Positions 1 through 12,462 of a stretch of 64,000 bases of DNA are shown here, piece by piece; the first letter of the stretch is position 1; the number at the start of each line of letters is the position of its first letter. The notes under the pieces are model-generated. The model was not told where the DNA came from and made no database searches. It saw only the letters and a program-made list of their open reading frames with translations. Source of the stretch: Eutreptiella sp. 'Long Island Sound 2002' (lineage: Eukaryota; Protista; Euglenida); contig OZ038378.1 in the NCBI GenBank assembly GCA_964036045.1, positions 10,230,001 to 10,294,000 of the forward strand, in the 5' to 3' direction. The position numbers and the translations under genes were made by a program.

Positions 1-1920
1 TCCGTATGAACTGCAAGTGGTCCATAAATAATTTTTGGGGGAAAATCATTTTGGACCACCTTTTGACCAATATGTGACCCCGCTAATCCACCCAAGCACA
101 TGCATGGCGTACCACCTCCTCGGTGCCAATGGGGCATTGAAGGGTGTTGGTGGTGTGGAAATAGCCTGCAAAAGTGCCCATTCATCATTGTTTATCACTA
201 CAAGGGTGCCCAAGGCAATACATGGTTGATTTTGGCCATTTTTGATATCCAAAAGTGGTTCTTGAGATTGCTAGTCGGGTGTGAAAGCTATCAGACGGTG
301 CCCTAAGGTGTTTCGTCATCATCTAGGTTGGTTCTAATGCAAATGGCTCCCTCCACAAACATCATTGACACCCAAAACAACCAAAAAAAAGCCTTTTTTT
401 GCATTTTTTGAGAGATTTTGGAACCTAGATTTGCCACTTGCAACGCCCGTTGCTAGCCGCCATTGTTAAATTTCTGACTGAAACTTTGTGTGATTGTACT
501 CCATACTCATTTATACTCCATACTCATTGCCCATTACTGAGATCCCCCTTCTAGTGAACCTTGCACAGGGTTCGGAGACTCGGGGCGGGGCCGCGCGCTC
601 CCGCCCGTCAGATGGTTGTTCGACTTATACTGTGCCTGTGTCTTGAGGGCAGGGAGGATCAAGAGAACCAGCCAAACCTTGCACAGGGTTCGGAGACTCA
701 ACACACTGCTCAACACAAGCTGAGATGAAAGTTACAAAGTGCCGATGATACCTCTAGAAAGTGTGCTGCGCGCAGCGGCACACCACCCCCAACCTCCCCG
801 CCCCTAATGGGGATGAGGCTGCACTCTCACAAACCAGTCCGGGACTGCCAAGCTGTGCCCGGGCTGGCAGGGGTGAATGGACACCCGCCCTTCCTGATGC
901 AGCAAGGCTTGCCCTTCCAACACTACACCATGGTGTACACCGTGCAATCTAACCGGCAGCAGCTGCGTGAGCACATAGGGCATGGCCAGGCAACCTCTGA
1001 GCAAACATAACCAAGGACAGCCGTGGTGCCTCTTGTTCTGTCGGCACTGAAGGCACTCTGCCACGTGTCCCTAGAGGAAGCAGCGGTGGGAATAAGTGCA
1101 CTTCAAGCCCAAGGGGTATGCTCCTAAATATGCACACACACACACACACACACACACTCTCTCTCTCTCTCTGACAGTACCCCAAACTCACAGTATGTAT
1201 TCACCAAAATTTTGGCCAAATTCCAACCACCACGACGGATATCTAATTTGCACCCATTTCCTGCTTGCTTGCTGCTTACAGGGATAGCTCCACCCTACAT
1301 CCTAAAGAGGGTTATAAATTCTAACTGCTTCCACTAGCTCGTTGACCCTATCCCTAACATTAGGTATATATCTACCAACATACTGCATTCGGATTGAACT
1401 GAAGCAGACTAGCATGGGGTCATGACCATGCTGAATAACTCAAATTGTGCTGTCTTCCTAGTGTAGTTCCTCACCAAGCATTGTGTTGTTTCTGCCTTCT
1501 TCATGAAAATCTCTGCATTATTCATGCATAGTTCCTATCCTGTTGCACTTGCTGACTGAATTTGGGTCTCCTATATTGTATCTCCCCTGCTTTGTAGGCC
1601 TTTTGGAAAACATTCACTCATTCTTCGAAAGGATGCAAGCTCAGTCTGTCCAACAGTCTTGCATAAACCCAAGGTACCAATACAATTGACATTCAAGCAT
1701 AAGGCAGCACCAACCATCCCACCAGTGTGCTGCATTTCTTCACAGTGCGATGTGTTATCCGTGGGTCCAAGATGTGTTTCTTTGTTCATTATCTCTGCAA
1801 TGAAACAGATTTCTTTCTTCTTCACTGAGTGTTGCACAAACCTATCCATAACCTATGCGTAGTTCCAGTCTGATTTCTGAAAATCGTTACAGTTCGGAAT
1901 TACACCAATCCGACAGCTGC

Positions 1921-1996
1921 CACCCTCCCTCTGTGCCACTCCCTCCCATCCTCTCCCCCTCGCCCCCTTCCTGTCCAAAGTGCTCCTGCTTTTCAG
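1921..1996 (+). promoter_or_regulatory. Polypyrimidine tract + AG, candidate spliced-leader trans-splice (or 5'UTR intron) acceptor of the RRM gene
   Basis: Long C/T tract ending ...ctcctgcttttcAG (1995-1996), 32 nt upstream of ATG 2029. Euglenozoan mRNAs are SL trans-spliced. Confidence 0.55.
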
Positions 1997-2028
1997 GTGC
2001 ACAGGTGCGGCGTAGTGCTGCGCTCAGT

Positions 2029-2890
2029 ATGAGGGGACTGCATAAACCGCCCTCTGTTGGCATCGCCCTATGCGTGACTGTTGCCCTGACTGCACTGGTC
2101 ACCATCTTAGGCACCGCCACCCCCTCGGCGTTCTGGGTAGCCCCCCTCCGGCACCCGTCCAGCACCAGCACGCTTCCTCTTGGGGCTTTGCCGCATGCCC
2201 TGCCGGCACATACTGCACGAGCAGCCCCCGGACGAGGGTCCACTCAGCCAGAGACCAGTGCTCACCTGCGGTTTTCCCAAGCGGTCCCTAAACCGGCTCT
2301 CGCAGCCTCCACAAGTCCCAGCCCTTGGGGCAGCTGGTGGATGGGGGTTGTGCTGCTGCTGGCCCCCACTTTTGTCCTGGGCCTCCGCCGCAAGCGGTGT
2401 GGGCGGGGCCAAGAGGGACAGTGGGTGCTGGCAGCCGCTTCTGCCGAGCCCCGGCAGGGGGCCCGGCGGGTATTTGTAGCCAGGCTGCCGTTTTCCGTGA
2501 CGCAGCGGCAGCTGAAGGAGCACTTCAGCGTGGCAGGGGATGTGGTGAACGTGTGGCTGGCCACAGAGGAGGGCACGGGGGAGCCGAAGGGCTACGGGAT
2601 TGTGGAGTACAGTATGGCAGAGGAGGCGCGGCACGCCATCCAGATCATGCGGGACCACCCGCTGGAGGGCGCGACGCTTGCGGTGCGCATGGACCTTTCT
2701 AAGGCTACGCGCACCCGCCCTCCGCCCCCTAGTCAGCCCGACAAGGCATCTGCGGCGGACGGGCGGCGAGTGTTCGTAAAAAACTTGCCGGCAAATGTGA
2801 CATGGCAGGAGCTGAAGGACCACGCCAACGTGGCGGGGGACGTGGCATACGTATGGGTGGCGACGGATCGGCATACAGGGGAATCCAAAG
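2029..2890 (+). CDS. Exon 1 of putative plastid-targeted RNA-binding protein (bipartite presequence + RRM1 + start of RRM2)
   Basis: Presequence: hydrophobic signal (VGIALCVTVALTALVTILG), S/T/A/P-rich segment, second hydrophobic stretch (WWMGVVLLLAPTFVLGL), then RRKR. RNP2/RNP1 motifs RVFVARLP..KGYGIVEY and RVFVKNLP..ESK. GT donor at 2891 (phase 1). Confidence 0.88.
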
Positions 2891-3524
2891 GTTGCTCACC
2901 CTTTTGCCCCTACACTCTTGCGATGCACCCCTGCACAGAGAGCTGCAACATCTTACCCCCCGCCCCCCCTTGCAATCCCCCCCCCCACCCCTCAGGGAGG
3001 GAAACCGTTACGACGTTGGGGGGGTGATTTTCAAGAGGGGGGTACCTGCAGGCCCTTGCCTGCCCTGTGCTCTTGCTACGCCCTTGCTATGTCCCTGCTG
3101 CACGCTTGCTGCACCGTCGCTGCGCCCTCATTGCACCCGTGCACCACCTTGGCTGCACCCGCAAGCATGCAGCGGAGGTGGCGCATGGGGGCAGCAGCTG
3201 TGCAGCCAGCCTGCAGCAATGATGAAGCAAGCGTGCAGCACAGGTGGGCACCCTTCTGGCGTCTGTCCCACCCTTGCTGCACCCTGGCCGCAACTTTGCC
3301 GCACCCTTGCTGGCGGGTGCAGCAGGGATTCACATGGGAGCAGTATGGATGCAGCAAGACCCATTCCCTGCTACAAACATGGTGTACCCGTGCTATGCCC
3401 TGATCACGCACTTGCCGCACACATGCCCCACGTTTGCTGCGCCTTTGTTTGCTTCGCCTTCACTGCCCCCGTGCTGCACACATGAACCCTCGCTGCACCC
3501 TCCGCCTCTGCTGCATTGCTCAAG

Positions 3525-3808
3525 GGTACGGAGCTGTGGAATATTGGACGAAGGAGGACGCCCAAAACGCTCTTGATGTGCTGCCCTCTCACCCGCTGTA
3601 CGGTGCGACGCTCAACGTGCGCCCAGATAATGTTGGACACAAGTGGCGCCCTGGGACACCGCGAACCTATGACACTCGGGAGTGGTCAGAGAAGACCACA
3701 GCCTCTACACCGCGGGACGAAGCATTTGCGGCGCAAGTGCCAGATCTACTGTTGTTGCGTGATGAGTACCGCAACAGTGGCGATTGGGAGAACGCAGACC
3801 GAGTGCAG
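3525..3808 (+). CDS. Exon 2: end of RRM2 and start of CysRS-like repeat 1
   Basis: caAG|ggtac restores RNP1 ESKG-YGAVEY in frame. Encodes LLLLRDEYRNSGDWENADRVQ. GT donor at 3809. Confidence 0.88.
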
Positions 3809-6290
3809 GTCGTGTTCCGCCCTCAGTTGTAGCTTCCTTGGCTCCCTCTCCCCAGGTCAGTTTTTCAAGTGCCCCCAGCTCAGCCTTCCTTTGGGCCCCT
3901 CTACTGCCGCCGTGGGATTCTGGCTACCTTCTGAGGCCACCCCGGGGATGTGCATGCGTTCAGGCTGCATCTCCCCTTCCATTTCATGAACACCCTTGAA
4001 CCCAGTGTTGATCGACGGCATACTTGCTGTCTGCCTGTCACCCTCAGAATGTGTGTCCGTTGTGGATACATATCACCTGCCATCTTTGGGCCACTTTCAG
4101 CGCGAGGGTAGATTCTAGCGACGTGTCCCTTGCCACTTGCCACCGCCACTTTCATGATGAGCACGGATTTTAGCCACATATTCCTTCCATCTCTACCTGC
4201 CACTTTGGGGGCCACGGTCAGATTGTATGTGCATTGTGTCCCCGGCTGTCTTAGGCCCACCCTCAGAATTAGCGTAGATTTTAGCTACATGTTCCATGCT
4301 GTTGGTGCCACCCTTAGAACGAGCATGGGCATATCCCGTGTCGACCGAGTGTCACCCTCGGAATGTGTCTGGATCATGGCGGTGCATTGCATTGTCACGA
4401 GGCCACCCTGAGAACGAGGGTGTACCCTTGCTGCACATTCCCTTGCGCCTTGGGACCATTGGCAGAAGGAGCATGGACTGCCACGACATATCCCTAGCTG
4501 TCTTGGGGCCCACTGGAATGGGTGTGGCTATGTATTGTGTGCTTTCTCATGCCATCCAGGTAACGAGCGAGGATTCTTGGTGCTTGGCCTAACCTGAGAA
4601 TGAGAGTGGATCCTGGTTGCATGTGGTGTTGGAGACACACTCAAAATGTCTATTCATTGTGGCTACACATCTCTTGCCCCCTCGCATATCTCTCTGGGAC
4701 ATCCGGTTCATGCCAACACGGAGCGTTTTCACATTTTTTCAGACTTTTCTCAACTTTTGGCGTAATGCACCAAAATGTCGTCACCTTGGGGGGGGTATGT
4801 GTATGCTTTTCGAAATCTGTGGGAAAACGCCGTTTCAGAAATGTATGGGTTGGGGGGGGTAGGTGGTCACAGTTTTGCGCACCGAGCTGTACAAGGGAGG
4901 ACACACAGGGCACAGGCAATGGTCCAGGGATCACTCATTATTCCGAATCCGATTCGTTGTCATCGTTGCCCCTTTCTGCAAGGGCCGGGACTCCATTGGG
5001 GCACACATCCCCGTGCTTGTGACTGGGAACATATTTCTTCAGTTTTTCCCAATCCTGCAGCCTGCGTGGCTTCACTGGTACCCACCCTGTGTTCAGGGGC
5101 ATGGCCCACAGGCCGTCAGTTGTGAGGTCCACATTTCGCTGTTTGGTGAGCTGGACCTTGCGCCATGGAATGGCCTCACTGTACCCTGATTTCACCCAGA
5201 CAAAACCGGGGTGGGCAAGTCAGGCCGCCGCGTCACCTGCACCCAAGTTTCACCCCCAGATCGCGCTCTTTTTCGCACCAAAGGTTTCAGTGGCGCATCA
5301 GGGGAAGCAACAGCACGTTGTGTGAATTTGTATGAAGACATGGTGGCTGCCTGTTAGCAAAAATAGGCAGCAGGCAACACAGGCACTGTCCAAAGCGGAG
5401 AAAAATCTCAAACATGTCGTTAGCACAGCATGCAAACCTGGGGTGTTCCGAATAGCCCTTTTCAAGGGCTTTCCGAATATGCCCCACATACCCCCCCCAA
5501 CCGGACACTCAGCGGGCACAAATGAGACCACAAAGGCACCAACCCCTGAAAACGCTCCGTGTTGGCATGAAACCGCACGTCCCAGAGAGATATGTCCTGC
5601 CATTTGGGACTGCACTCATTGGGGGAGCACCTGACGCAGCGCGCGCGCGCAGTGCAGAGAACAGGCAGTCTGGCCCAACCAAGCATCCGCAGTTACTTCT
5701 TCGGGGACAAATTGAGTGCACCGGGGCCGATCCTGGTCAGGACCCGACCCCAAAGGGGGGGGGGGGGGCGGTCCCCCCCCCCCCCTCTACAGACCCCAAA
5801 ATGGTTGTACAGAACAATGGGTTTTGTGGGCGCCAGAGGCGCCGGATATTTTGTTTTAGGCATATGGCAGGGGGAAATTTTTTTGTTCGACCCTATGTGT
5901 CTGTACTCAAAATACTCAGAATTTTGTGGAGAATTCAAAAATGGCTGAAAAGCACAAAAAAGGATTTTGACCCCGACCCGGCCTCCGGGTCGGACCTTGG
6001 CTGATGGGAGCCTGAGTTGAGGGTCTGTAGTGAAACCTAGTAAAAAATTTTTTTTTTAAAAAGTTTTTTTTTTTACTAGGTAACAGTTTACTAGGTAACA
6101 CGTTTTTTTACTAGGTATTGGGAACCTAGTTAAAAAAAAAGTTTTTTTTTTTACTAGGTTTCAAAACCTAGTAAAAAAAAAAGTTTTCGTTTTTACTAGG
6201 TTTCAGAACCTAGTAAAGAAAAAAGTTTTTGTTTTTACTAGGTTTCAGAACCTAGTAAAAACAAAAATTTTTTTTATTACTAGGTTACTG

Positions 6291-9200
6291 GGTAGCCACC
6301 TTGCCCACTTGTGGGCCACTTCTGATTTTGCCCCCCGCTCTGCAGCGGTGGGGCTCCCCTATACGGCAGGGGTGAGGTAGCCAATTTGCCCACTTGTGGG
6401 CCACTTCTGATTTTGCCCCCCGCTCTGCAGCGGAGGGGATCCCCGATACGGCAGGGGTGAGGTAGCCAATTTGCCCACTTGTGGGCCACTTCTGATTCTG
6501 CCCCCCGCTCTGCAGCGGTGGGGATCCCCGATACGGCAGGGGTGAGGTAGCCACTTTGCCCACTTGTGGGCCACTTCTGATTTTGCCCCCCGCTCTGCAG
6601 CGGAGGGGATCCCCGATACGGCAGGGGTGAGGTAGCCAATTTGCCCACTTGTGGGCCACTTCTGATTCTGCCCCCCGCTCTGCAGCGGAGGGGATCCCCG
6701 ATACGGCAGGGGTGAGGTAGCCAATTTGCCCACTTGTGGGCCACTTCTGATTCTGCCCCCCGCTCTGCAGCGGTGGGGATCCCCGATACGGCAGGGGTGA
6801 GGTAGCCACTTTGCCCACTTGTGGGCCACTTCTGATTTTGCCCCCCGCTCTGCAGCGGTGGGGATCCCCGATACGGCAGGGGTGAGGTAGCCACTTTGCC
6901 CACTTGTGGGCCACTTCTGATTCTGCCCCCCGCTCTGCAGCGGTGGGGCTCCCCGATACGGCAGGGGTGAGGTAGCCACTTTGCCCACTTGTGGGCCACT
7001 TCTGATTCTGCCCCCCGCTCTGCAGCGGTGGGGCTCCCCGATACGGCAGGGGTGAGGTAGCCACTTTGCCCACTTGTGGGCCACTTCTGATTTTGCCCCC
7101 CGCTCTGCAGCGGAGGGGATCCCCGATATGGCAGGGGTGAGGTAGCCACTTTGCCCACTTGTGGGCCACTTCTGATTCTGCCCCCCGCTCTGCAGCGGTG
7201 GGGATCCCCGATACGGCAGGGGTGAGGTAGCCATCTTGCCCACTTGTGGGCCACTTCTGATTTTGCCCCCCGCTCTGCAGCGGTGGGGATCCCCGATACG
7301 GCAGGGGTGAGGTAGCCAATTTGCCCACTTGTGGGCCACTTCTGATTCTGCCCCCCGCTCTGCAGCGGTGGGGATCCCCGATACGGCAGGGGTGAGGTAG
7401 CCACTTTGCCCACTTGTGGGCCACTTCTGATTTTGCCCCCCGCTCTGCAGCGGTGGGGATCCCCGATACGGCAGGGGTGAGGTAGCCACTTTGCCCACTT
7501 GTGGGCCACTTCTGATTCTGCCCCCCGCTCTGCAGCGGTGGGGATCCCCGATACGGCAGGGGTGAGGTAGCCACTTTGCCCACTTGTGGGCCACTTCTGA
7601 TTTTGCCCCCCGCTCTGCAGCGGAGGGGATCCCCGATACGGCAGGGGTGAGGTAGCCACTTTGCCCACTTGTGGGCCACTTCTGATTTTGCCCCCCGCTC
7701 TGCAGCGGTGGGGATCCCCGATACGGCAGGGGTGAGGTAGCCACTTTGCCCACTTGTGGGCCACTTCTGATTTTGCCCCCCGCTCTGCAGCGGTGGGGCT
7801 CCCCGATACGGCAGGGGTGAGGTAGCCACTTTGCCCACTTGTGGGCCACTTCTGAGTTTGCCCCCCGCTCTGCAGCGGTGGGGCTCCCCGATACGGCAGG
7901 GGTGAGGTAGCCAATTTGCCCACTTGTGGGCCACTTCTGATTTTGCCCCCCGCTCTGCAGCGGAGGGGATCCCCGATACGGCAGGGGTGAGGTAGCCAAT
8001 TTGCCCACTTGTGGGCCACTTCTGATTCTGCCCCCCGCTCTGCAGCGGTGGGGCTCCCCGATACGGCAGGGGTGAGGTAGCCACTTTGCCCACTTGTGGG
8101 CCACTTCTGATTCTGCCCCCCGCTCTGCAGCGGTGGGGATCCCCGATACGGCAGGGGTGAGGTAGCCACTTTGCCCACTTGTGGGCCACTTCTGATTTTG
8201 CCCCCCGCTCTGCAGCGGAGGGGATCCCCGATACGGCAGGGGTGAGGTAGCCAATTTGCCCACTTGTGGGCCACTTCTGATTCTGCCCCCCGCTCTGCAG
8301 CGGAGGGGATCCCCGATACGGCAGGGGTGAGGTAGCCACTTTGCCCACTTGTGGGCCACTTCTGATTTTGCCCCCCGCTCTGCAGCGGTGGGGATCCCCG
8401 ATACGGCAGGGGTGAGGTAGCCACTTTGCCCACTTGTGGGCCACTTCTGATTTTGCCCCCCGCTCTGCAGCGGAGGGGATCCCCGATACGGCAGGGGTGA
8501 GGTAGCCAATTTGCCCACTTGTGGGCCACTTCTGATTCTGCCCCCCCGCTCTGCAGCGGAGGGGATCCCCTATACGGCAGGGGTGAGGTAGCCACTTTGC
8601 CCACTTGTGGGCCACTTCTGATTTTGCCCCCCGCTCTGCAGCGGAGGGGATCCCCGATACGGCAGGGGTGAGGTAGCCAATTTGCCCACTTGTGGGCCAC
8701 TTCTGATTCTGCCCCCCGCTCTGCAGCGGAGGGGATCCCCGATACGGCAGGGGTGAGGTAGCCAATTTGCCCACTTGTGGGCCACTTCTGATTCTGCCCC
8801 CCGCTCTGCAGCGGTGGGGCTCCCCGATACGGCAGGGGTGAGGTAGCCACTTTGCCCACTTGTGGGCCACTTCTGATTCCGCCCCCCGCTCTGCAGCGGA
8901 GGGGATCCCCGATACGGCAGGGGTGAGGTAGCCACTTTGCCCACTTGTGGGCCACTTCTGATTTTGCCCCCCGCTCTGCAGCGGAGGGGATCCCCGATAC
9001 GGCAGGGGTGAGGTAGCCACTTTGCCCACTTGTGGGCCACTTCTGATTCCGCCCCCCGCTCTGCAGCGGAGGGGATCCCCGATACGGCAGGGGTGAGGTA
9101 GCCACTTTGCCCACTTGTGGGCCACTTCTGATTTTGCCCCCCGCTCTGCAGCGGAGTGGATCCCCGATACGGCAGGGGTGAGGTAGCCAATTTGCCCACT

Positions 9201-9499
9201 TGTGGGCCACTTCTGATTCTGCCCCCCGCTCTGCAGCGGAGGGGATCCCCGATACGGCAGGGGTGAGGTAGCCACTTTGCCCACTTGTGGGCCACTTCTG
9301 ATTTTGCCCCCCGCTCTGCAGCGGTGGGGATCCCCGATACGGCAGGGGCGAGGTAGCCACTTTGCCCACTTGTGGGCCACTTCTGATTTTGCCCCCCGCT
9401 CTGCAGCGGTGGGGCTCCCCGATACGGCAGGGGTGAGGTAGCCAATTTGCCCACTTGTGGGCCACTTCTGATTTTGTTCCCCGCTCTGCAGCGGTGGGG
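6291..9499. repeat. 85-bp minisatellite, ~38 copies
   Basis: Unit GCCACTTTGCCCACTTGTGGGCCACTTCTGATTTTGCCCCCCGCTCTGCAGCGGTGGGGATCCCCGATACGGCAGGGGTGAGGTA. The 85-aa periodicity of the - strand ORFs equals three 85-nt units. Confidence 0.97.
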
Positions 9500-11043
9500 G
9501 TTCGGCTCCAAAAAAAAGAAAGCCGCCAAGAGGAGCCAAGAATTGTCAGACTCCAATTCTGATTCACATTCTAACTCCTCATCGGATGGTAGCTGTGACG
9601 GAGACTCCCTAGCCCTTGCACCACTTGTGAAGCGGGAATTGGACCGTGGAAGCAAGCGGTGGCATTCCATGCACCTATACCGCCCTCCCTTCACTTGTGG
9701 GCAGTGCCATCGGAAAGTTTTCTTATGGTGCGTCTATTGCGAGGGGTGCATGTGGTGTTTGGAAGGTGAGGAGTGCGTTGCTCGCAAGTTTAAAGATAGA
9801 GATGAGTCGCGCTGGGTCTTGCAAAAGTGGGAGGAGGAGGTTGAGGTTGGGAAGATCTTGCATCCCACGCAATCCCATACTGAAACTACCCCCTCCTCCC
9901 CTTGTGCTTTGACGCCCCCCTCCACACACCCGGATGGTGACAGCAGCCTCCCCGCAATTACCCCCGCAAATGCGTCTCCTACCAGCCCGCCTCTAGCCAT
10001 GGAGGAATTGGCCGACCATCCCAATGCTGGGACGGAGACTGTCCCCCCACCCCCATGCTCTAATACCACCCCGCCGTCACAGACGGGAATGGTTATTACG
10101 AGGCCTGTTTGTGGACATGACGTCTTGGCCGCAGTGTGCCATGCCCTGACTAATGGCCCAGGCGGCCCTACTGCCCAATTGCAGCATGTTGAGTCATTGC
10201 TCCATGACGAATGGGAACGACCACTTGACGTGATCATTCCAAGTTCTGGGTCTCAACAATATAAGCTAGAGGCACGCCATTTGAGGGAGGTGGGACAAGT
10301 TTTTGGGTGAGTTCGGCAGTGTAGCTTTTGCTATAGCCCCCCTCTACTCCACCTTCCTACATCAGGACGACGGTGTGAGCTGCCATCCTGCCTGCCTTAT
10401 GATGCTACATTGCCTTTTGTCTAGGCGTGTTGTCAACGGTAGCATCCAACTTCCACAAGACAGATTGTGGTTGTTGCGTGAGATTGCACAGGCAGCTTTG
10501 CACTATCGCAGTTCTCCGCCTGCCCCCCCTATTGAGACCACACCCAGTTGGGCCTTGGCACGGATGTATGCTACGCCCTATTGTTCACCCAGCCGTTCGT
10601 CGTGCTTTTTTTGCGACGACACAGCCCACATCACGTGCCCTGAATGTGGAGTTTATCAGTGTGCCCTGCATGCTTCCGGTTTCTGTTCCACGGAGATATG
10701 TGTGGCATTGCGCAAATGGAATGTGCAATTTACTGCCACACTGGCATGCATTGTGTTGGCATTCGCCTTGGGTGACCGGCTTGTGGTTGACAAGTCGCCT
10801 TCTGTAGATGAGGTCCGTCCAAAGGTGGTGATCCGTGGTGAAGAATTTTTTGTTCCAGAGCATTACCCCAAAGATGCCTCTGGGAGATTGGAGTATGACA
10901 AAAATCTAATCAAAGAGTTGGAAGAAAAGACCACGGGCGTGATTCGCAACATGTGCAAGCACAACCCTCCCTCTGCACAACCCACCTACAAAGACAAGAA
11001 GTCGGACCTCATCTACAAGCGCGTGTTTTGCGACTTTATATAA
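9500..11043 (+). pseudogene. Element-borne Cys-rich protein gene, 5'-truncated and split by one frameshift at ~10300 (Zn-finger motifs, C-terminal SAP/HeH-like domain)
   Basis: ORFs 9447-10310 and 10303-11043 join if one T is removed from gtttttggg. Motifs CGQC..CVYCEGCMWC and CFFC-x7-CPEC-x4-C-x2-H-x4-C. C-terminus homologous to ORF 15861-16271. Confidence 0.55.
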
Positions 11044-12462
11044 AGCACGCGTGTGTGCACCTCATATATGTATATATATATTTATCATATAAAAGCTCCT
11101 TCTTTTCTTGAGCCTCATTTTATTTTTGTTGACCTTGCAATACACGGTTTGGCCCGGGTGGGGCGCCACTTACACAAGTGGCCTGGAATAGACCAGGGGG
11201 CACCATGCCCTTAAACATAAATACCACCTACCGTTGACCCCCCCCCCCCATAAACTTGGTTTTTTTTGTTCAAATTCAAGTCCAAATTTGTCACTACCTA
11301 GTAACCTAGTAAGGGAAAATTTTTGCTTTTTTTACCTAGTAAAAAAATTTTTTTTAAAATTTTTTTTAAAATTTTTGCTTTTTTTACCTAGTAAAAAAAA
11401 ATTTTTTTTTTAAAAAATTTTTTAAAAAAAATTTTTTTTACTAGGTTTTGCTACATTTTACTAGGTTTTGCTACATTTTACTAGGTTTTGCTACGTGCAT
11501 ACTAGGTTTCACCAAATGCCCCTGAGTTGATGGGCAATTTTTTTTGAACAATTTTTTACCCCACTTGTGCATATTCAAAATGATCAGTGTGTCATGGGGA
11601 TCATTTTGAGGTATGTATGTTGGGTTACCCACCAACCCCCCCCTGGGGGCCCGGCAGCTGACCGCCCGACCCGCCGACCCCCAAGGTTTGGGTCAACCAA
11701 GAGGGGGGGGGGGAGGGGTCCCCTCCCCCCCCCCTACAGCCCCCCAAACTGTCGCACACCCCTCGGGGTCACACATTGGCTGGCGGCGGCCCCCGTGATT
11801 GAGTGGCCCCTTGAGTTGGGAATATTCGTATCTTGTGCATTTGACCCAATTTTGTATTTGGCACCAAGTTTGGTACCCTTGTTATGGCCCTTGGCCCCAT
11901 GTGCCCTCCTTCCAATGGCTGCATTCAAGCACAAACCCCTGCCAGGGGGTGTTTCCTACTGACCATAGGCCTACCCCCACTGCCCCTCAGAAGTGACCTT
12001 AGTCAACCAAAGAGGGTCATAAAAAGATGTGGCACTGTACTGCATGGCACCAACCCGCCTTCGGGGAATCCCCCAACGGCTTGAGCAATGGCATTTTGGA
12101 GGGCAGGGCTCAGACACACAAAAACGGTGCCCCACAGTTATGTGCCCCTCCCATTAGGCTGAAAGCAGCCTGAAAGCTCTTGGGGGATGGCTTTGGCAAA
12201 CAAGATCAGTCTTCCGGAGGTCCCATCTACGCCATTTGCCTGCCATCCACATGTCTGGCCTGACTTAAAAGTGGTGCTTGCGGCTGAAAAGTGTGGCACC
12301 CCCTTCCCAGCTCAAGCACAGGCCTGACCTCTTGGTCACATGGTGTGGGTGTCTGTCACCATCAGTCCTATGGAAGTGGAGGTACGGGAAGGAGCATGTG
12401 CCAGGTTAGATCTCGGGCTTCGTAATCGATAGCTACAGCCCCTGGTCGCCCCCTCCTCAGGC

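Larger units (their letters stand above)
6021..11521 (+). mobile_element. Mutator-like (MULE/foldback) non-autonomous DNA transposon, 5501 bp
   Basis: 9-bp TSD CTGAGTTGA (6012-6020, 11522-11530). Imperfect TIRs GGGtctgtaGTGAAACCTAGTA / TACTAGGTTTCACcaaatgCCC. Subterminal CTAG + A-tract repeats at both ends. No DDE transposase recognised. Confidence 0.8.
5732..11782 (+). mobile_element. MITE-like dispersed repeat (~5732-6020 + 11531-~11782) interrupted by the MULE; outer ends approximate
   Basis: Both halves align with the uninterrupted copy at 32071-32567, which reads ctgatgggagcctgagctaatgggcaa across the insertion point. Confidence 0.7.

Noticed and set aside
6291-9499. CRISPR-like array
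   Set aside because: Units are contiguous with no unique spacers, there are no cas genes, and the context is eukaryotic.
6280-9694. 1095-, 1084-, 719- and 374-aa ORFs on the - strand (and similar ORFs at 15048-15877)
   Set aside because: They arise because the 85-bp unit has no stop on that strand. All three frames give the same permuted peptide, so this is not evidence of coding.
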